NCBI GenBank assembly: GCA_951406725.2
Contig: OX597836.1
Coordinates: forward strand, 14,694,001 to 14,758,000
Source of the DNA: Octopus vulgaris
Lineage: Eukaryota
Direction: 5' to 3'
DNA: 64,000 nt
The notes below the pieces were generated by a model, which did no database searches, had not been told where the DNA came from, and worked only from the letters and a program-made list of their open reading frames with translations. Shown piece by piece: positions 1 through 12,780 of this stretch (positions are counted from its first letter, which is position 1; every line of letters begins with the position of its first letter). The translations under genes were made by a program, and so were the position numbers.

Positions 1-545
<545 letters not shown>

Positions 546-911
546 GTGCCCTCCTCCTCCTCCCCAAAAGTATAAAAAGGTAAAGTCGACGCCGATAATG
601 CAATTTGAACTCGAAACGTCGAGACGGGCTAAATGGCTGCTGTTAAAGTAGTTTGTCTGTCGCGGTAACGATTGTGCCAGCTCGCTGCCTCCTATGTCGT
701 TGGTAATGTTAACAGCTACGTTAAGAGCAACAAGAACCACAGGAAACAACATTAATACCACCGCCACCGCCGCCGCCGCCGTTGACAACAACAACAACAA
801 CAACAACAATAACTACAATAACAATGGTAGCAACATCACCAAAAGTACTGGGTTGTCCGGAAAGTTCGTGCCGGTTTTTAAAGGAACGGAAAAGGCCAAT
901 AAATACGTGTC

Positions 912-1239
912 ATTACCCAAGCTTTATCAGGTGCTCATGAACAACGGATTTTGATAGGTTAAGGCTTTCTGCCAATTCTCGGGTTGTGCAATGTGGGTTA
1001 TTCTCAATTTATGACTCGATTTGGTCATCATCTGTAGTGGATGGTCTGCCTGATCGCTCTTTATCAATAAGGCTACAATCTCCATCTCGGAACCTTGCGA
1101 ACCACTTTCGTACAGTTCTTTCGGATAAAGAAACATCACCGGAAACAGCGCATATTTCTTTGGTTGCTTGTGAGACATTTTTCCCTTCACGGAAAAAGAA
1201 AAGCATCAAGTGCCGAAAATGGACTTCGTTATCTTCCAC
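912..1239 (-). pseudogene. Mariner transposase N-terminal HTH DNA-binding region, truncated
   Basis: MEDNEVHFRHLMLFFFREGKN...SERTVRKWFARFRDGDCSLIDKERSGRP is Mos1/Hsmar1-like. It reads on past an in-frame stop as IENNPHCTTRELAESLNLSKSVVHEHLIKLG*. The DDD catalytic domain is absent. Confidence 0.9.
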
Positions 1240-1270
1240 TTTAAAGGGTTACATAATTAACACAGGTTAT

Positions 1271-1589
1271 CTCGTCGCCCTTTTCAAGCCTAGCCAGGCT
1301 CATGGGCCCGGTTTCCCCATTTCTGTGGCGTATGTGCCCCCCCCCCCCCCCCAGCTGGACAGGATGACAGTCCATCGCAGCGTTACTCAAGAAACAGGAA
1401 GAGAGAGTGAGAGAAAGTTGTGGCGAAAGAGTACAACAGGGGTCACCACCAACCCCTGCCGGAGCCTCGTGGAGCCTTTTTTAGGTGTTTTCGCTCAATA
1501 AACACACACAACGCCCAGTCTGGGAATCGAAACCGCGATCCTCCGACCGCGAGTCCGCTACCCTAACCACTGGGCCATTGCGCCTCCAC
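1271..1589 (-). mobile_element. tRNA-derived SINE family A, alternative-tail variant, inserted in the mariner
   Basis: Head GTGGAGGCGCAATGGCCCAGTGGTTAGGG...GGTTTCGATTCC has A and B boxes. TSD ACAGGTTAT at 1262-1270 and 1593-1601. Confidence 0.9.
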
Positions 1590-2039
1590 AAAACAGGTTA
1601 TAGGAACATAAACCTTCTTCCACGAAAAGATAGCTTAAACTGTGCTCTAAATGGAGGTGTAGTCAAATCCTATTTTATGGACTCAAACATGTTCTAAAAT
1701 AAGTCGAAAGGTAAGCTACTGTAAATCGGCACGAACTTTCCGGACAACCGAATACATAGAATCATCATCGCCCTAAAAGGAGCGTTAATTACAACAGCAG
1801 CATTTAAAGAACAATTGTTACACTAACAATAACAATAACAATAACAATAACCATAGCAACAACATTATCAAATAACAACATGAAAAGCAATATTTATACT
1901 AAGAACGATCACAACACCAGTGTTTACACTTACAATCACAACAACGACGCCAACATCGTCAAACAACGTCAGAATCTAACAACACCAATATTGACATTAA
2001 CAACATCATCAAACAATGTTCAAAACAATATTTACGCGA

Positions 2040-2448
2040 TGGATGGAAGCACTTTTTTTTGTAGCACTCCGTCGGTTACGACGATGAGGGTTCCGGTTGA
2101 TCCGAATCAACGGAACAGCCTGCTCGTGAAATTAACGTGTAAGTGGCTGAGCACTCCACAGACACGTGCACCCTTAACGTAGTTCTCGGGGATATTCAGC
2201 GTGGCACAGAGAGTGACAAGCCCGGCCCCTTGAAATACAGGTACAACAGAAACAGGAAGTAAGAGTGGAGTGAGAGAAAGTTGAGGCGAAAGAGTACAAC
2301 AGGGGTCGTCAACACCCCCTGCCGGAGCCTCGTGGAGCTTTAGGTGTTTTCGCTCAATAAACACACACAACGCCCGGTCTGGGAATCGAAACCGCGATCC
2401 TCCGACCGCGAGTCCGCTGCCCTAACCACTGGGCCATTGCGCCTCCAC
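2040..2448 (-). mobile_element. tRNA-derived SINE family A, full length
   Basis: Near-identical to 7513-7895 and 44919-45304. TSD ATTTACGCGA at 2030-2039 and 2449-2458. Confidence 0.93.
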
Positions 2449-2467
2449 ATTTACGCGAACAACAACA

Positions 2468-2517
2468 GTGGAGGCGCAATAGCCCAGTGGTTAGGGCAGC
2501 GGACTCGCGGTCGTAAG
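2468..2517 (+). mobile_element. Isolated SINE A head, inverted relative to the neighbouring copy
   Basis: GTGGAGGCGCAATAGCCCAGTGGTTAGGGCAGCGGACTCGCGGTCGTAAG. Confidence 0.85.
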
Positions 2518-2703
2518 AAATTTTGGATCTGTGTGTAGTCGATTACATCGGACCTCAGAAATCAGCTGGGAATTACTTTATCGACCCCTGAAAGGATGAC
2601 AAATTCGACGTTGGTGAAAATTTGAATTCAGAACGTAAATCCGGAAAAAATGCTGCTAAGCATTTTATCCGATGCCTGTAACGATTCTGTCAGATTGCAC
2701 CTT
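2518..2703 (-). mobile_element. SINE family B, diverged copy
   Basis: Contains tcgacccctgaaaggatga...tttgaattcagaacgta...gctaagcatttt, matching 62474-62705. Confidence 0.75.
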
Positions 2704-3499
2704 TCAAGAGCAACAATAACAACGACAACATTTACGCCATGAACATCACTTCTTCCACAATCAACAAGAAAAATAATTACAGTAAAAACACTACCACCAC
2801 TTCCACCATCGCCACCGCTATCATCATCATCATCATCGTCGTCGTCGTCGTCGTCGTCATCAGTATCATCACCATCAGCATCATAACTGCTACCTCCATC
2901 GCCAACGCTTCCAATAACAACGATAATAAGTTTCTTTATTGGCCACACAGGGCTGCACACAGATGGGACAAATTACAAGGTAGAGCATTTCTTTTGGAGG
3001 ATGAAAAAAAAAGGGCGTAGGTTTTCGATCGTAAAAGGGAAAAAAGAAAAAAAGAAAAAAAAGGAAAAGAAACAAAAGAAAAAAAGAAGAAAAAAGAGGA
3101 AGAAAGGGGAAGAGGAAAAAAAAACGATCAATAGGGATCGTGTATCACAGTGTCATGATGTACGGTGTAGAGGGGGAAGCAGATAAGGTTTATCCGTGGG
3201 AAGAAAAGCCTACGAAAAAGACCACGGTAACCTCGGTCATTATTGTTATATGTCACCACATTTGTTTGCAAGTGGGTAACCCTCTGTTTTCAATTTCTGG
3301 GTTCATAGGATTATGCTCTAGGTGGCTTCGTCATTCATACGTGCCATCCTTGCTACATTCACCCATCTTTTTTTTAAAACATTCGCTAGACAAAACAACG
3401 ATAATAGCAACAGCGATAACAAGAAGAATATTCACGGCATGTTCACTAATATCACCAATAACAACAACAACAACGGCAACAATAATATTAACAGCGTAA

Positions 3500-4066
3500 G
3501 AGTGGCTGTGTGGTAATTAGCTTGCTTACGAACTACGTGTTTCCGGGTTCAGATTACACGAAAGTAACGGGGGAGGCTACAAGACGATGCAACGGGTAAT
3601 TCCATGAAACAGTGTGAGGAAAGGAGGATAACAGAAAAAAAAGCTTGTTTACCAACCACATGGTTCCGGGTTCAGTCCCACTGCGTGGCACCTTGGGCAA
3701 GAGTCTTCTACTGTAGCCTGGTGCCAACCAAAGCCTTGTGAGTGGATTTGGTAGATGGAAACTGAAAGAAGCCCATCGTATATATGTATATGTGTTACGT
3801 GTGTGTGTGTGTCTATGTGTGTGTGTGTGCGTGTGTGTATGTGTGTGTATATGATTGTGTGTCTGTTTGTCCGCCACCCCCAACATCGCTTGAAAACCGA
3901 TGCTGGTGTGTTTACGTCCCCATAACTTAGCGGATCGGCAAAAGAGACCGATAGAATAAGTACTAGGCTTACAAAGAATAAGTCCTGGGGTCGATTTGCT
4001 CGACTAAAGGTGGTACTCCATCATGGCCACAGTCAAGTGACTGAAACAAGTAAAAGAGTAAAAGAA
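3500..4066 (+). mobile_element. tRNA-derived SINE family C (CORE-like body, internal TA/TG microsatellite) with duplicated head
   Basis: GAGTGGCTGTGTGGTAA...GGTTCAGTCCC, CORE-like ACCTTGGGCAAG, tail TGACTGAAACAAGTAAAAGAGTAAAAG. Matches 8314-8725. Confidence 0.9.
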
Positions 4067-4354
4067 TAACAGCAGAAAGAAACAAGAAAAACTACAACAG
4101 CAGCAGCAACAACAACAATAACAACTGCAAGGGGAAAAACAACAACAACAACAGCCATAACAACACCAGCAACCATAGCAACAACAACAACAACAACAAC
4201 AAAAGCAATAACGACAACAGCATCACCAAGTGGCAGGTCAAACGAGAAGAGACGAAGCAGTGATGTGATGAAGACATCGCTCCTCGGGACAGGATGGGAA
4301 AAAAAAGAATGGCGGCGAGGTAGAGAAGTCATTAACTTTTAGTAACGTCAGTAT

Positions 4355-4952
4355 GGAAGAAGAGGAGGGAAGGGAGAGGGGGAGGAGGAGGCGGAGGAGA
4401 CGGAGGAGGCGGAGGAGGCGGAGGAGGCGGAGGAGGAGGAGGAAATCAGGCGGAACGCCCTGGCTTTATTGATGTTGATATTTCGTCTGATTTAGACATT
4501 GAGTGGTGGACGTAGTCGTGGTGGTGGTGGTGGTGGTGGTGGTGGTGGTGAAGGTAGTGGTGGTGGTGTTGAAAGTTCCGGTGCCAGTGGTGATGGCGTT
4601 GGCGGCGGTGGTAATGGTGTTGGTGAGGGGGGAGCTGGTGGTGGTGGCAGCGGTGGTGGTGGCTGTGGTAGTGGTGGCGGTTGTGGTGGTAGTGGTGGCG
4701 GTTTTGGTGGTAGTGGTGGCGGTTATGGTGGTAGTGATGGTGGCGGTGTTGGAGAACGTGCATTTATGTGTGTTCGCGTGAGTGTGTATGAATAAGTCAG
4801 TATGAATGAGTGTGTATGTGTGTAGGTGCATATTTGTGTATGTGTGTGCGTGTGTATCAGTGTGCGTATATGACTGTGCATATATGCGCACGTGTGTGTG
4901 TGTTAGTGTGTGTCAGCATGCAACTGCATCAGTGCGTGTGTGTGTGTATGTA

Positions 4953-5012
<60 letters not shown>
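4355..5012. repeat. (GGA)n, degenerate (GGT)n and (TG)n simple repeats
   Basis: Direct reading of the sequence. Confidence 0.85.
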
Positions 5013-5015
<3 letters not shown>

Positions 5016-5636
5016 AAACTTGTAATGTTTTGGTCTGTGGTCAGGAAGTGAAAATGTTTTGGCCCGGAAATGTGTCGATTCAAGCTGCACTGTTTTGGTT
5101 GGTGTTTGTCGTATCTTGTAGTTTGTGGTAAAGAGATTGAAGGGTGGAGGGGCGTGGCAGGATTGACGCAGACCATGATGGATCTGAGGGAACTATCCGT
5201 CGGTTTCGACGATGAGCACTTAGTTATTCGAACCACTTTATATATTATATTCTTCTTCGTGTTGTGAGTGGGTTCTTTCTCCGCTGGTCCGTTTGCCCTG
5301 GGCGTAATTTCAGATTGAAAAAGCGTGACAGAGTTTGATAAGGCCAGATCTTTGGATCAGAGGAGGAATCCAAAAGAGGGGGGAGGAAGGATGGTGGGAG
5401 AAGGAAGGAAAACAAAAAGAGCAGAAAGAAAGAAAAAAAGAAAGAAAGAAAAAAAGAAAGAAAGAACGAAAGAAAGAAAGAAAGAAAGAAAGCAAGTAAG
5501 CAAGAAGGAAAGAATACTTGACCCCAATATAGGACTGGTTCCTTATAAACTTCGAAAGGATTAAGCAGAACGTTGATCTCGGCGGGATTTTAACTCAGAG
5601 CATGGAGAGCCGAAGCGATCAGTATCAGCGTGTGCG

Positions 5637-5971
5637 TTTCTTCTACTATAGCCTCAGGCCGACCAAAGCCTTGTGAGTGGATTTGGTAGACGGAAACTGA
5701 AAGAAGCCAGTCGCATATATGTATATATGTGTATGTGTATGTGTGTGTGTGTGTGTTTGCGTGTCTGTGTTTGTCCTCCCAACATCGCTTGACAACCGAT
5801 GCTGGTGTGCTTACGTCCCCGTAACTTAGCGGTTCGGCAAAAGAGACCGATAGAATAAGTACTGGGCTTACAAAGAATAAGTCCTGGGGTCGATTTGCTC
5901 GACTAAAGGTGGTACTCCAGCATGGCCGCAATCACATGACTGAAACAAGTAAAAGAGTAAAAGAGTAAAGA
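5637..5971 (+). mobile_element. SINE family C, 5'-truncated
   Basis: Aligns to 3704-4066, including the (AGTAAAAG)n tail. Confidence 0.9.
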
Positions 5972-6028
5972 GTATATCACATACAGAAGGTCTCTATCAT
6001 TTGAATGTGAAACGGCTATCATCTAACA

Positions 6029-6504
6029 CTGGGGTCACCAAACTACGGTCAACGGGCCAGATCTGGTTTGTGAGGTCAGTTCATCCGGCCCGCTGTCTCT
6101 GGTATTGCATCGGTGTTTGGAACAACTTATGTCTATGAGCAAACATATTCAAAGCGGAAGTCAGTGTGTCGAACGAGATTGACTGATGAACATTTGAAAG
6201 CAATTCTCTTGGTTGGATGCAGCAATTCCAAAGCAAATATTGATGATATCTTAAAAGCTAAACAATAGCTACACAAATCTCACCAACCTTTTTTGCTGTT
6301 TAGTTTGTGAGATTCGGATATGTGTGCATTGGGTGTGATATAACTGTCTTATTGCTAACGTCGCCGTCTTTGATAACTTTTTGGTAAATAGATATGTTGG
6401 ATGTCTTTATTCACTGCATTGTATTGAACAAAATGGTTCGCAGCCCGCGCTTGTCAACCTCTCGGTTAGCCTACCTGCCGTGAAAAACGTTTGGTGACCC
6501 ACTG
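6029..6504 (+). mobile_element. Non-autonomous hAT (Charlie/Buster-type) DNA transposon
   Basis: TIRs CTGGGGTCACCAAAC and GTTTGGTGACCCACTG. Perfect 8-bp TSD ATCTAACA at 6021-6028 and 6505-6512. Region 6104-6283 translates to ASVFGTTYVYEQTYSKRKSVCRTRLTDEHLKAIL...IDDILKAKQ*LHKSH, resembling the hAT C-terminal dimerisation region. Confidence 0.9.
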
Positions 6505-6521
6505 ATCTAACAAGATGACGC

Positions 6522-7022
6522 GTCATCATCATCATCATTGTTCGACCGTGGTCGAGACAATGGAATTTACCATGCTACGCCAGACTTCACGGTCCATCAT
6601 GGCATTACGGAGGTCCTGTTGCGGGATGCCTGTATCCCTGGAGATTACATCAGGGTAGGAGAGTGCCCGCCCTCTGGTATTGCGAGCAGATGGCTTCCAG
6701 AGGAGAAGAGTAGAAATTACTTCTTTTTCAGCTCTACAACAATGTCTAGCAAACTGGACTCTCCTACCTTTCACAAGAGATGATACAGGTGGTAGTTTCC
6801 CATATATTTGCATTTTGGTTGGATGGCGCTTCCACGAGAGATTTTGAGCACTCATAAGGAGGCGAGTGTAGGTTCCATCCAACTGCCTCTCAAGCTTCTT
6901 TGATAAAGTCCAGGTTTCTGAGCCATATAGTAGAATTGGTTCGACTGTGGCTTTGAAGATTTCAAGTTTGAAGTCTCTACTTAGATTTGATGACCAGATC
7001 TTATGCATGTCATTACACGCAC
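6522..7022 (-). mobile_element. 5'-truncated RTE-like LINE 3' end
   Basis: About 160 open codons: KIWSSNLSRDFKLEIFKATVEPILLYGSETWTL...LDGTYTRLL...AMMDREVWRSMV. The stop codon runs straight into a (TGA)n tail. Confidence 0.88.
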
Positions 7023-7061
7023 CATTATGTATGTATGTATGTATGTATGTATGTATGTATG

Positions 7062-7124
<63 letters not shown>

Positions 7125-7140
7125 GTATGTACGTATGTAT

Positions 7141-7262
7141 GTTTGTATATATGTCATTATGCAGTTTTATTTCAAGATTTCTTATCAATAGAGAAAGAGT
7201 CGGTTTCTAACCTACATCCAAGGTTTCTTCGTTGCAATTTCAACAAAATCAACAGGGTATTT
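7141..7262 (+). repeat. Unclassified short dispersed repeat F, associated with (ATGT)n
   Basis: Reverse complement aligns with 59365-59473 (cagttttatttcaa...caatagagaaaga...ggtttctaaccta). Confidence 0.75.
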
Positions 7263-7512
7263 TTGCACGTAAAAATTGAATAAATATGCAGTCTACTAAA
7301 ATGTATTGAGTAATTCTTCAGTTTCGTATTAAATTCTTGTTATATATATAACCTGACGTAAAAATAAACACACAGACAGACACACGGACACACGGACAGA
7401 CAGACAGACCCACCCACACTCACACACATATATAAAGATACATAACATATACATATGCATACATACATACATACATACATACATACATACATACATACAT
7501 ACATGCATTTTA

Positions 7513-7895
7513 GAAGCACTCCGTCGGTTACGACGATGAGGGTTACGGTTAATCCGAATCAACGGAACAGCCTGCTCGTGAAATTAACGTGTAAGTGGCT
7601 GAGCACTCCACAGACACCTGTACCCTTAACGTAGTTCTCGGGGATATTCAGCGTGACACAGAGAGTGACAAGGCCGGCCCCTTGAAATACAGGTACAACA
7701 GAAACAAGAAGTAAGAGTGAGAGAAAGTTGTGGTGAAAGAGTACAGCAGGGATCACCACCATCCCCTGCCGGAGCCTCGTGCAGCTTTAGGTGTTTTCGC
7801 TCAATAAACACTCACAACGCCCGGTCTGGGAATCGAAACCGCGATCCTATGACCGCGAGTCCGCCGCCCTAACCACTGGGCCATTGCGCCTCCAC
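7513..7895 (-). mobile_element. SINE family A, full length
   Basis: Same head, body and tail as 2061-2448. Confidence 0.93.
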
Positions 7896-8313
7896 TAGGA
7901 TTTGACTAGACCTCCATATACATACATACATACATACATACATACATACATACATACATACATACATACATGCATGCATACATAGAAGGTGAGAGAGAGA
8001 GAGAGAGAGGTCAGAGACAGACAGACAGACCGAGAGAATGAGAGAGAGACTAATTTCTGCTATGAAACCTGGTATCTGCTTCAGTGTTAACTTTGAAAAT
8101 TAGTGCGAAGAAATGATTAGCAGACCATTCATTTAATATTGTACGGATTTACATAATTTGTTTGTTTAAACCCCATCATGTTAATTGATGTAAAAAACGA
8201 ATTCTACTGCTTATTGAAACAATCGGCGCTGATTAAAACAAAATGTGTTTTACCGACCGCCATCTTGATTCTTTCTGTTGCTTTCTAACTGGAATCAAGA
8301 ATATATATATATA

Positions 8314-8725
8314 CTCTTTTACTCTTTTACTTGTTTCAGTCATTTGACTGCGGCCATGCTGGAGCACCGCCTTTAGTCGAGCAAATCGACCCCGGGACTT
8401 ATTCTTTGTAAGCCCAGTACTTATTCTATCGGTCTCTTTTGCCGAACCGCTAAGTGACGGGGACGTAAACACACCAGCATCGGTTGTCAAGCAATGCTAG
8501 GGGGACAAACACAGACACACAAACATATACACACACATACATATATATATATACATATATACGACAGGCTTCTTTCAGTTTCCGTCTACCAAATCCACTC
8601 ACAAGGCATTGGTCGACCCGGGGCTATAGCAGAAGACACTTGCCCAAGATACCACGCAGTGAGACTGAACCCGGAACCATGTGGTTGGTTAGCAAACTAC
8701 TTACCACACAGCCACTCCTGCGCCT
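8314..8725 (-). mobile_element. SINE family C, full length
   Basis: Runs from head AGGCGCAGGAGTGGCTGTGTGGTAAG to tail GTAAAAGAG. Confidence 0.93.
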
Positions 8726-8730
8726 ATATA

Positions 8731-8814
<84 letters not shown>

Positions 8815-8815
<1 letters not shown>

Positions 8816-8949
8816 GTCGGGCTTCTTTCAGTTTCCGTCTACCAAATAGCCCGAGGTTGTAGTAGAAGACACTTGCCCAAGGTGACACGCAGTGGGATGA
8901 AACACGGAACCATGTGGTTAGTAAGCAAGCTACTTACCACACAGCCACT

Positions 8950-8952
<3 letters not shown>
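8815..8952 (-). mobile_element. SINE family C 5' half with internal deletion; a further diverged piece at about 9040-9205
   Basis: Aligns to 8565-8720. Confidence 0.85.
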
Positions 8953-9014
<62 letters not shown>

Positions 9015-9520
9015 GAACACACACACATACATATATACATGTCGGGCTTCCGCATAGGTTTTGTCTTTCGAATTTCATTCTCAAAGTTATTTTAATCCAA
9101 TATATACTGATATAGGTGTAGAAGAAATTAATTTGTCTAAGGTGTCACGAAGTTGGATCGAACCCAGAACCAACTGATTGGGCATTGAACTTCTTAAAAG
9201 CAGTCTATGAATGTTCTTTCTTTTTTGTTTTTTCGGTTAAGGACTTATTCATTTTTATTTAGTGTTTTTGTTTCATCCATCCACTTTATTTTTCTTCTTT
9301 TTTGCCTTCAACGAAGAGGGGGGAAAAATGAAAGAAATGAAAACGCAATGAATGAAGGAAGGAAGGAAGGAAAGGACGAAACAAAGGTATGAAGAAAGAG
9401 CGGGAGAGGGGGAGGGGGAGATCGAAAGAAAGAAAGAAAGAAGCAAGGAATGAAAGAAAAAAATGGGGAGACAGAACAGAAACTAAAGCCATTTTCCATT
9501 GCTTTTAGACTCTCTGCAGT

Positions 9521-9645
9521 ACCACTTCCATACACCTTCACAAATACGACTTCCATACACCTTCACAAATACCACTTCCATACACCTTCACAAATACCAC
9601 TTCCATACACCTTCACAAATACCACTTCCATACACCTTCACAAAT
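9521..9645. repeat. Minisatellite, 5 x 25 bp (ACCACTTCCATACACCTTCACAAAT)
   Basis: Five head-to-tail units with one substitution and no spacers. Confidence 0.95.
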
Positions 9646-10119
9646 AGTCCTTTACACACACACACGTTCACACATACACGCATTCACATTCGCATACACA
9701 TACATGCGCACGTACACATTCACATGCACAACGACCATATAATACGCCATTTTCTATCGTCGGTTATCACCAACAACAACAGCCAAACCACACACGTACA
9801 CACACACACACACACATATATACACTCACAGACAAGCGTACACAGACACGCACGCACACAAACACACACGCACACATATACCTTTTGTACCTCAAACACA
9901 TCATACAATAACAACAACAACAATAACAATAGCAACAACGGTAATGCCACGGTGCCACACCACAAACTCTTGGCTGTTCTGTTCTGTTAGGAGGATATTA
10001 GCAGACATGAAGACGAGAGAAAGAAAAAGAAGAGAGAGAGAGACAAAGAAAAAAAGAAAAACAAAGAGAAATCACACGAAACAAAAAAGAAAAAAAAAAA
10101 ACACGAAAAGAAATCACAA

Positions 10120-10456
10120 ACGACGAAGAAGAAGAAGAAAAAAGAAGAAGAAGAAGAAGAAGAAGAAGAAGAAGAAGAAGAAGAAGAAGAAGAAGAAGAA
10201 GAAGAATTGAAGAAGAAGAAGAAGAAGAAGAAGAAGAAGAAGAAGAAGAAGAAGAAGAAGAAGAAGAATTGAAGAAGAAGAATTGAAGAAGAAGAAGAAT
10301 TGAAGAAGAAGAAGAAGAATTGAAGAAGAAGAAGAATTGAAGAAGAAGAAGAAGAAGAAGAAGAAGAAGAAGAAGAAGAAGAAGAAGAAGAAGAAGAAGA
10401 AGAAGAAGAAGAAGAAGAAGAAGAAGAAGAAGAAGAAGAAGAGAGAAGAAGAGGCA

Positions 10457-10532
<76 letters not shown>

Positions 10533-10853
10533 AAGAAGAAGAAGAAGAAGAAGAAGAAGAAGAAGAAGAAAAAGAAGACCCAATGAGAAAATAAAAAAAA
10601 AAAAGATGGAAATAATAAGATACACGTAAAAATAAGACAAAAAAAATAAAATAAAATAAAATAAAATATGACGAGAAATAACGTAAAAAGACGGAAAATG
10701 ACGAAAAGTTTAAACGTCTGCTCCAGGAAAAGCTGGAAACAAACGACAGTAATTAGAAAGCGAATTTATCGCGTTTCCAAAACTTCTTTCACCAGGTAAC
10801 AAGCGCGGGAGCGTGAACTAATAATGGCAATAGTAGCAGTAGCAGCAGTAGTA

Positions 10854-10893
<40 letters not shown>

Positions 10894-11151
10894 TGATATG
10901 AGTGAAGGTAGTGAAGGTGGTGGTAATGGCGGCTTTGTACGCAGAGGCGATGCTCTTTCTATAGCCGTGGACGTTAATGAAAATGGCATCATTGTGTTAA
11001 TGTTATTGAATTGCTGTTGATGTTGTTGTTTTTTGTTGTTGTTGTTGTTGTTGTTGTTGACGATGGTGGCTGATGATGATGATGGTGAGGAGGGGGGCGG
11101 AGGGGTGTTGGTCGATATCGGTGACATCGAAGAGCACGTTGATGATGGTGG

Positions 11152-11197
<46 letters not shown>

Positions 11198-11315
11198 CGT
11201 CGTCGTCATCATCGTCATCATCATCATCATCTTTATCGTCATCGTCATCATCGTCATCATCATCATCATCATCATCATCAATCATCGTCATCATCATCAT
11301 CATCAACATCATCAA

Positions 11316-11364
<49 letters not shown>

Positions 11365-11397
11365 GCCATCATCATCATCATCATCGCCATCATCATC

Positions 11398-11435
<38 letters not shown>

Positions 11436-11950
11436 ACCGACGTCGACAAGGACGGTGAAAATAATGAGGATGATGATGACAACAGTCACGGTAACGACGA
11501 CGACGACGATGACGATGATGATGATGATGGGGGAAGGAGGAGGAGGATGACGACGAAGATGTGGGCGATGATGATGATAAGGATGAGTAGGAGGAAGAGG
11601 TAAAGGGGGAGTATAATGATGCTGATAATGACGGCGACGACGACGACTATGATGAGGAGGATGATGATGAGGTGGAGGAGGAGGATAAAGGAAGTGGAGA
11701 ATGAGGAAGAGAAAGAGGAGGTGGCGGAGGGAGGAAGAGGGGAAGATGAGGAGGAGGGAAGAGAAATAGGAGGAGGAGAAAGTGGAGGGTGATAATGATG
11801 CTGCTGATGACTACGACGACGACGACGATGATGATGATGGTGAGGGTGATGATGATGGTGATGATGATGATGATGATGATGATGGTGGTGATGATGATGA
11901 TGATGATGATGATGATGACGATGATGATGATGATGATGACGATGATGATG

Positions 11951-11982
<32 letters not shown>

Positions 11983-12462
11983 AGCGTGGATGATTACCGT
12001 TTGCTCCGGTCAAGTTGAACATTTGACAAAGAATTCATGTAAAATGGCTGCAACAGCAATAACAATAACAACCACGACAATAAATAAAAACAAAAAAAAA
12101 GCCTACAATAACAACAAATATAAAAATCCTCCTCTTCCTCGAAGATCAAGAAACAACGACAACAACAACAACAACAACAACGATGACAACAACAACAACG
12201 GCTGCAATAATAACGACCGAGCAATAACGCTCACTGCATTACGACAAAGCTAAAACAATAGTAACAACATCAAAAACAACAACAATAACAAGAACAGAAA
12301 CAACAACGGATAATATAATAATGGTGACGATGGTGGTGGTGGTGCTGGTCGTGGTGGTGGTTGTGGTGGTATTGGTGGTGGTGGTGGTGGTGGTAGTGGT
12401 GTTGGTGGTGGTATTGGTGGTGGTGGTGGTTGAGGTGGTTGTGGTGGTGGTGGTGGTGATGG

Positions 12463-12503
<41 letters not shown>

Positions 12504-12748
12504 GTGATGATGGTGGTTGTGGGGGTGATGATAATGATGATGATGATGAATGATGAGGATCATGATGATGATGATGGTGATGATGATGAGGATGATGATG
12601 GTGGTGGTTATGATGATGATGGTGATGATGGTGGTTGTGGTGGTGGTGGTGGTGGTGGTGGTGGTGGTGATGCTGATGATGCTGATGATGCTGATAATGA
12701 TGATGGTGATTGTGATGATGGTGATGGTTATGATGATGATGATAATAG

Positions 12749-12779
<31 letters not shown>

Positions 12780-12780
12780 A
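10120..12780. repeat. Compound trinucleotide microsatellite field (AAG, AAT, GAT/CAT, GGT, AAC) with short unique islands
   Basis: Direct reading of the sequence. Confidence 0.9.

Larger units (their letters stand above)
848..1752 (-). mobile_element. Internally deleted mariner (Tc1/mariner) element carrying a nested SINE
   Basis: TIRs share an exact 23-bp core GGTTGTCCGGAAAGTTCGTGCCG (851-873; inverted at 1727-1749). Flanking TA at 846-847 and 1753-1754. Transposase N-terminus lies inside. Confidence 0.93.

Noticed and set aside
1009-1239. SETMAR-like host gene exon
   Set aside because: It lies between mariner TIRs, has in-frame stops and lacks catalytic and SET domains.
4499-4795. Glycine-rich structural protein ORFs (also 39047-39571)
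   Set aside because: Degenerate (GGT)n open in several frames, with no signal peptide or clear splice context. It cannot be distinguished from decayed microsatellite.
4913-5290. Possible TATA box plus short ORF (MVCVNPATP...) on the minus strand
   Set aside because: No recognisable homology, it runs into (CA)n, and there is no supporting splice pattern.
9521-9645. CRISPR-like array of 25-bp repeats
   Set aside because: The units are contiguous with no spacers, there are no cas genes and the context is eukaryotic. It is a minisatellite.
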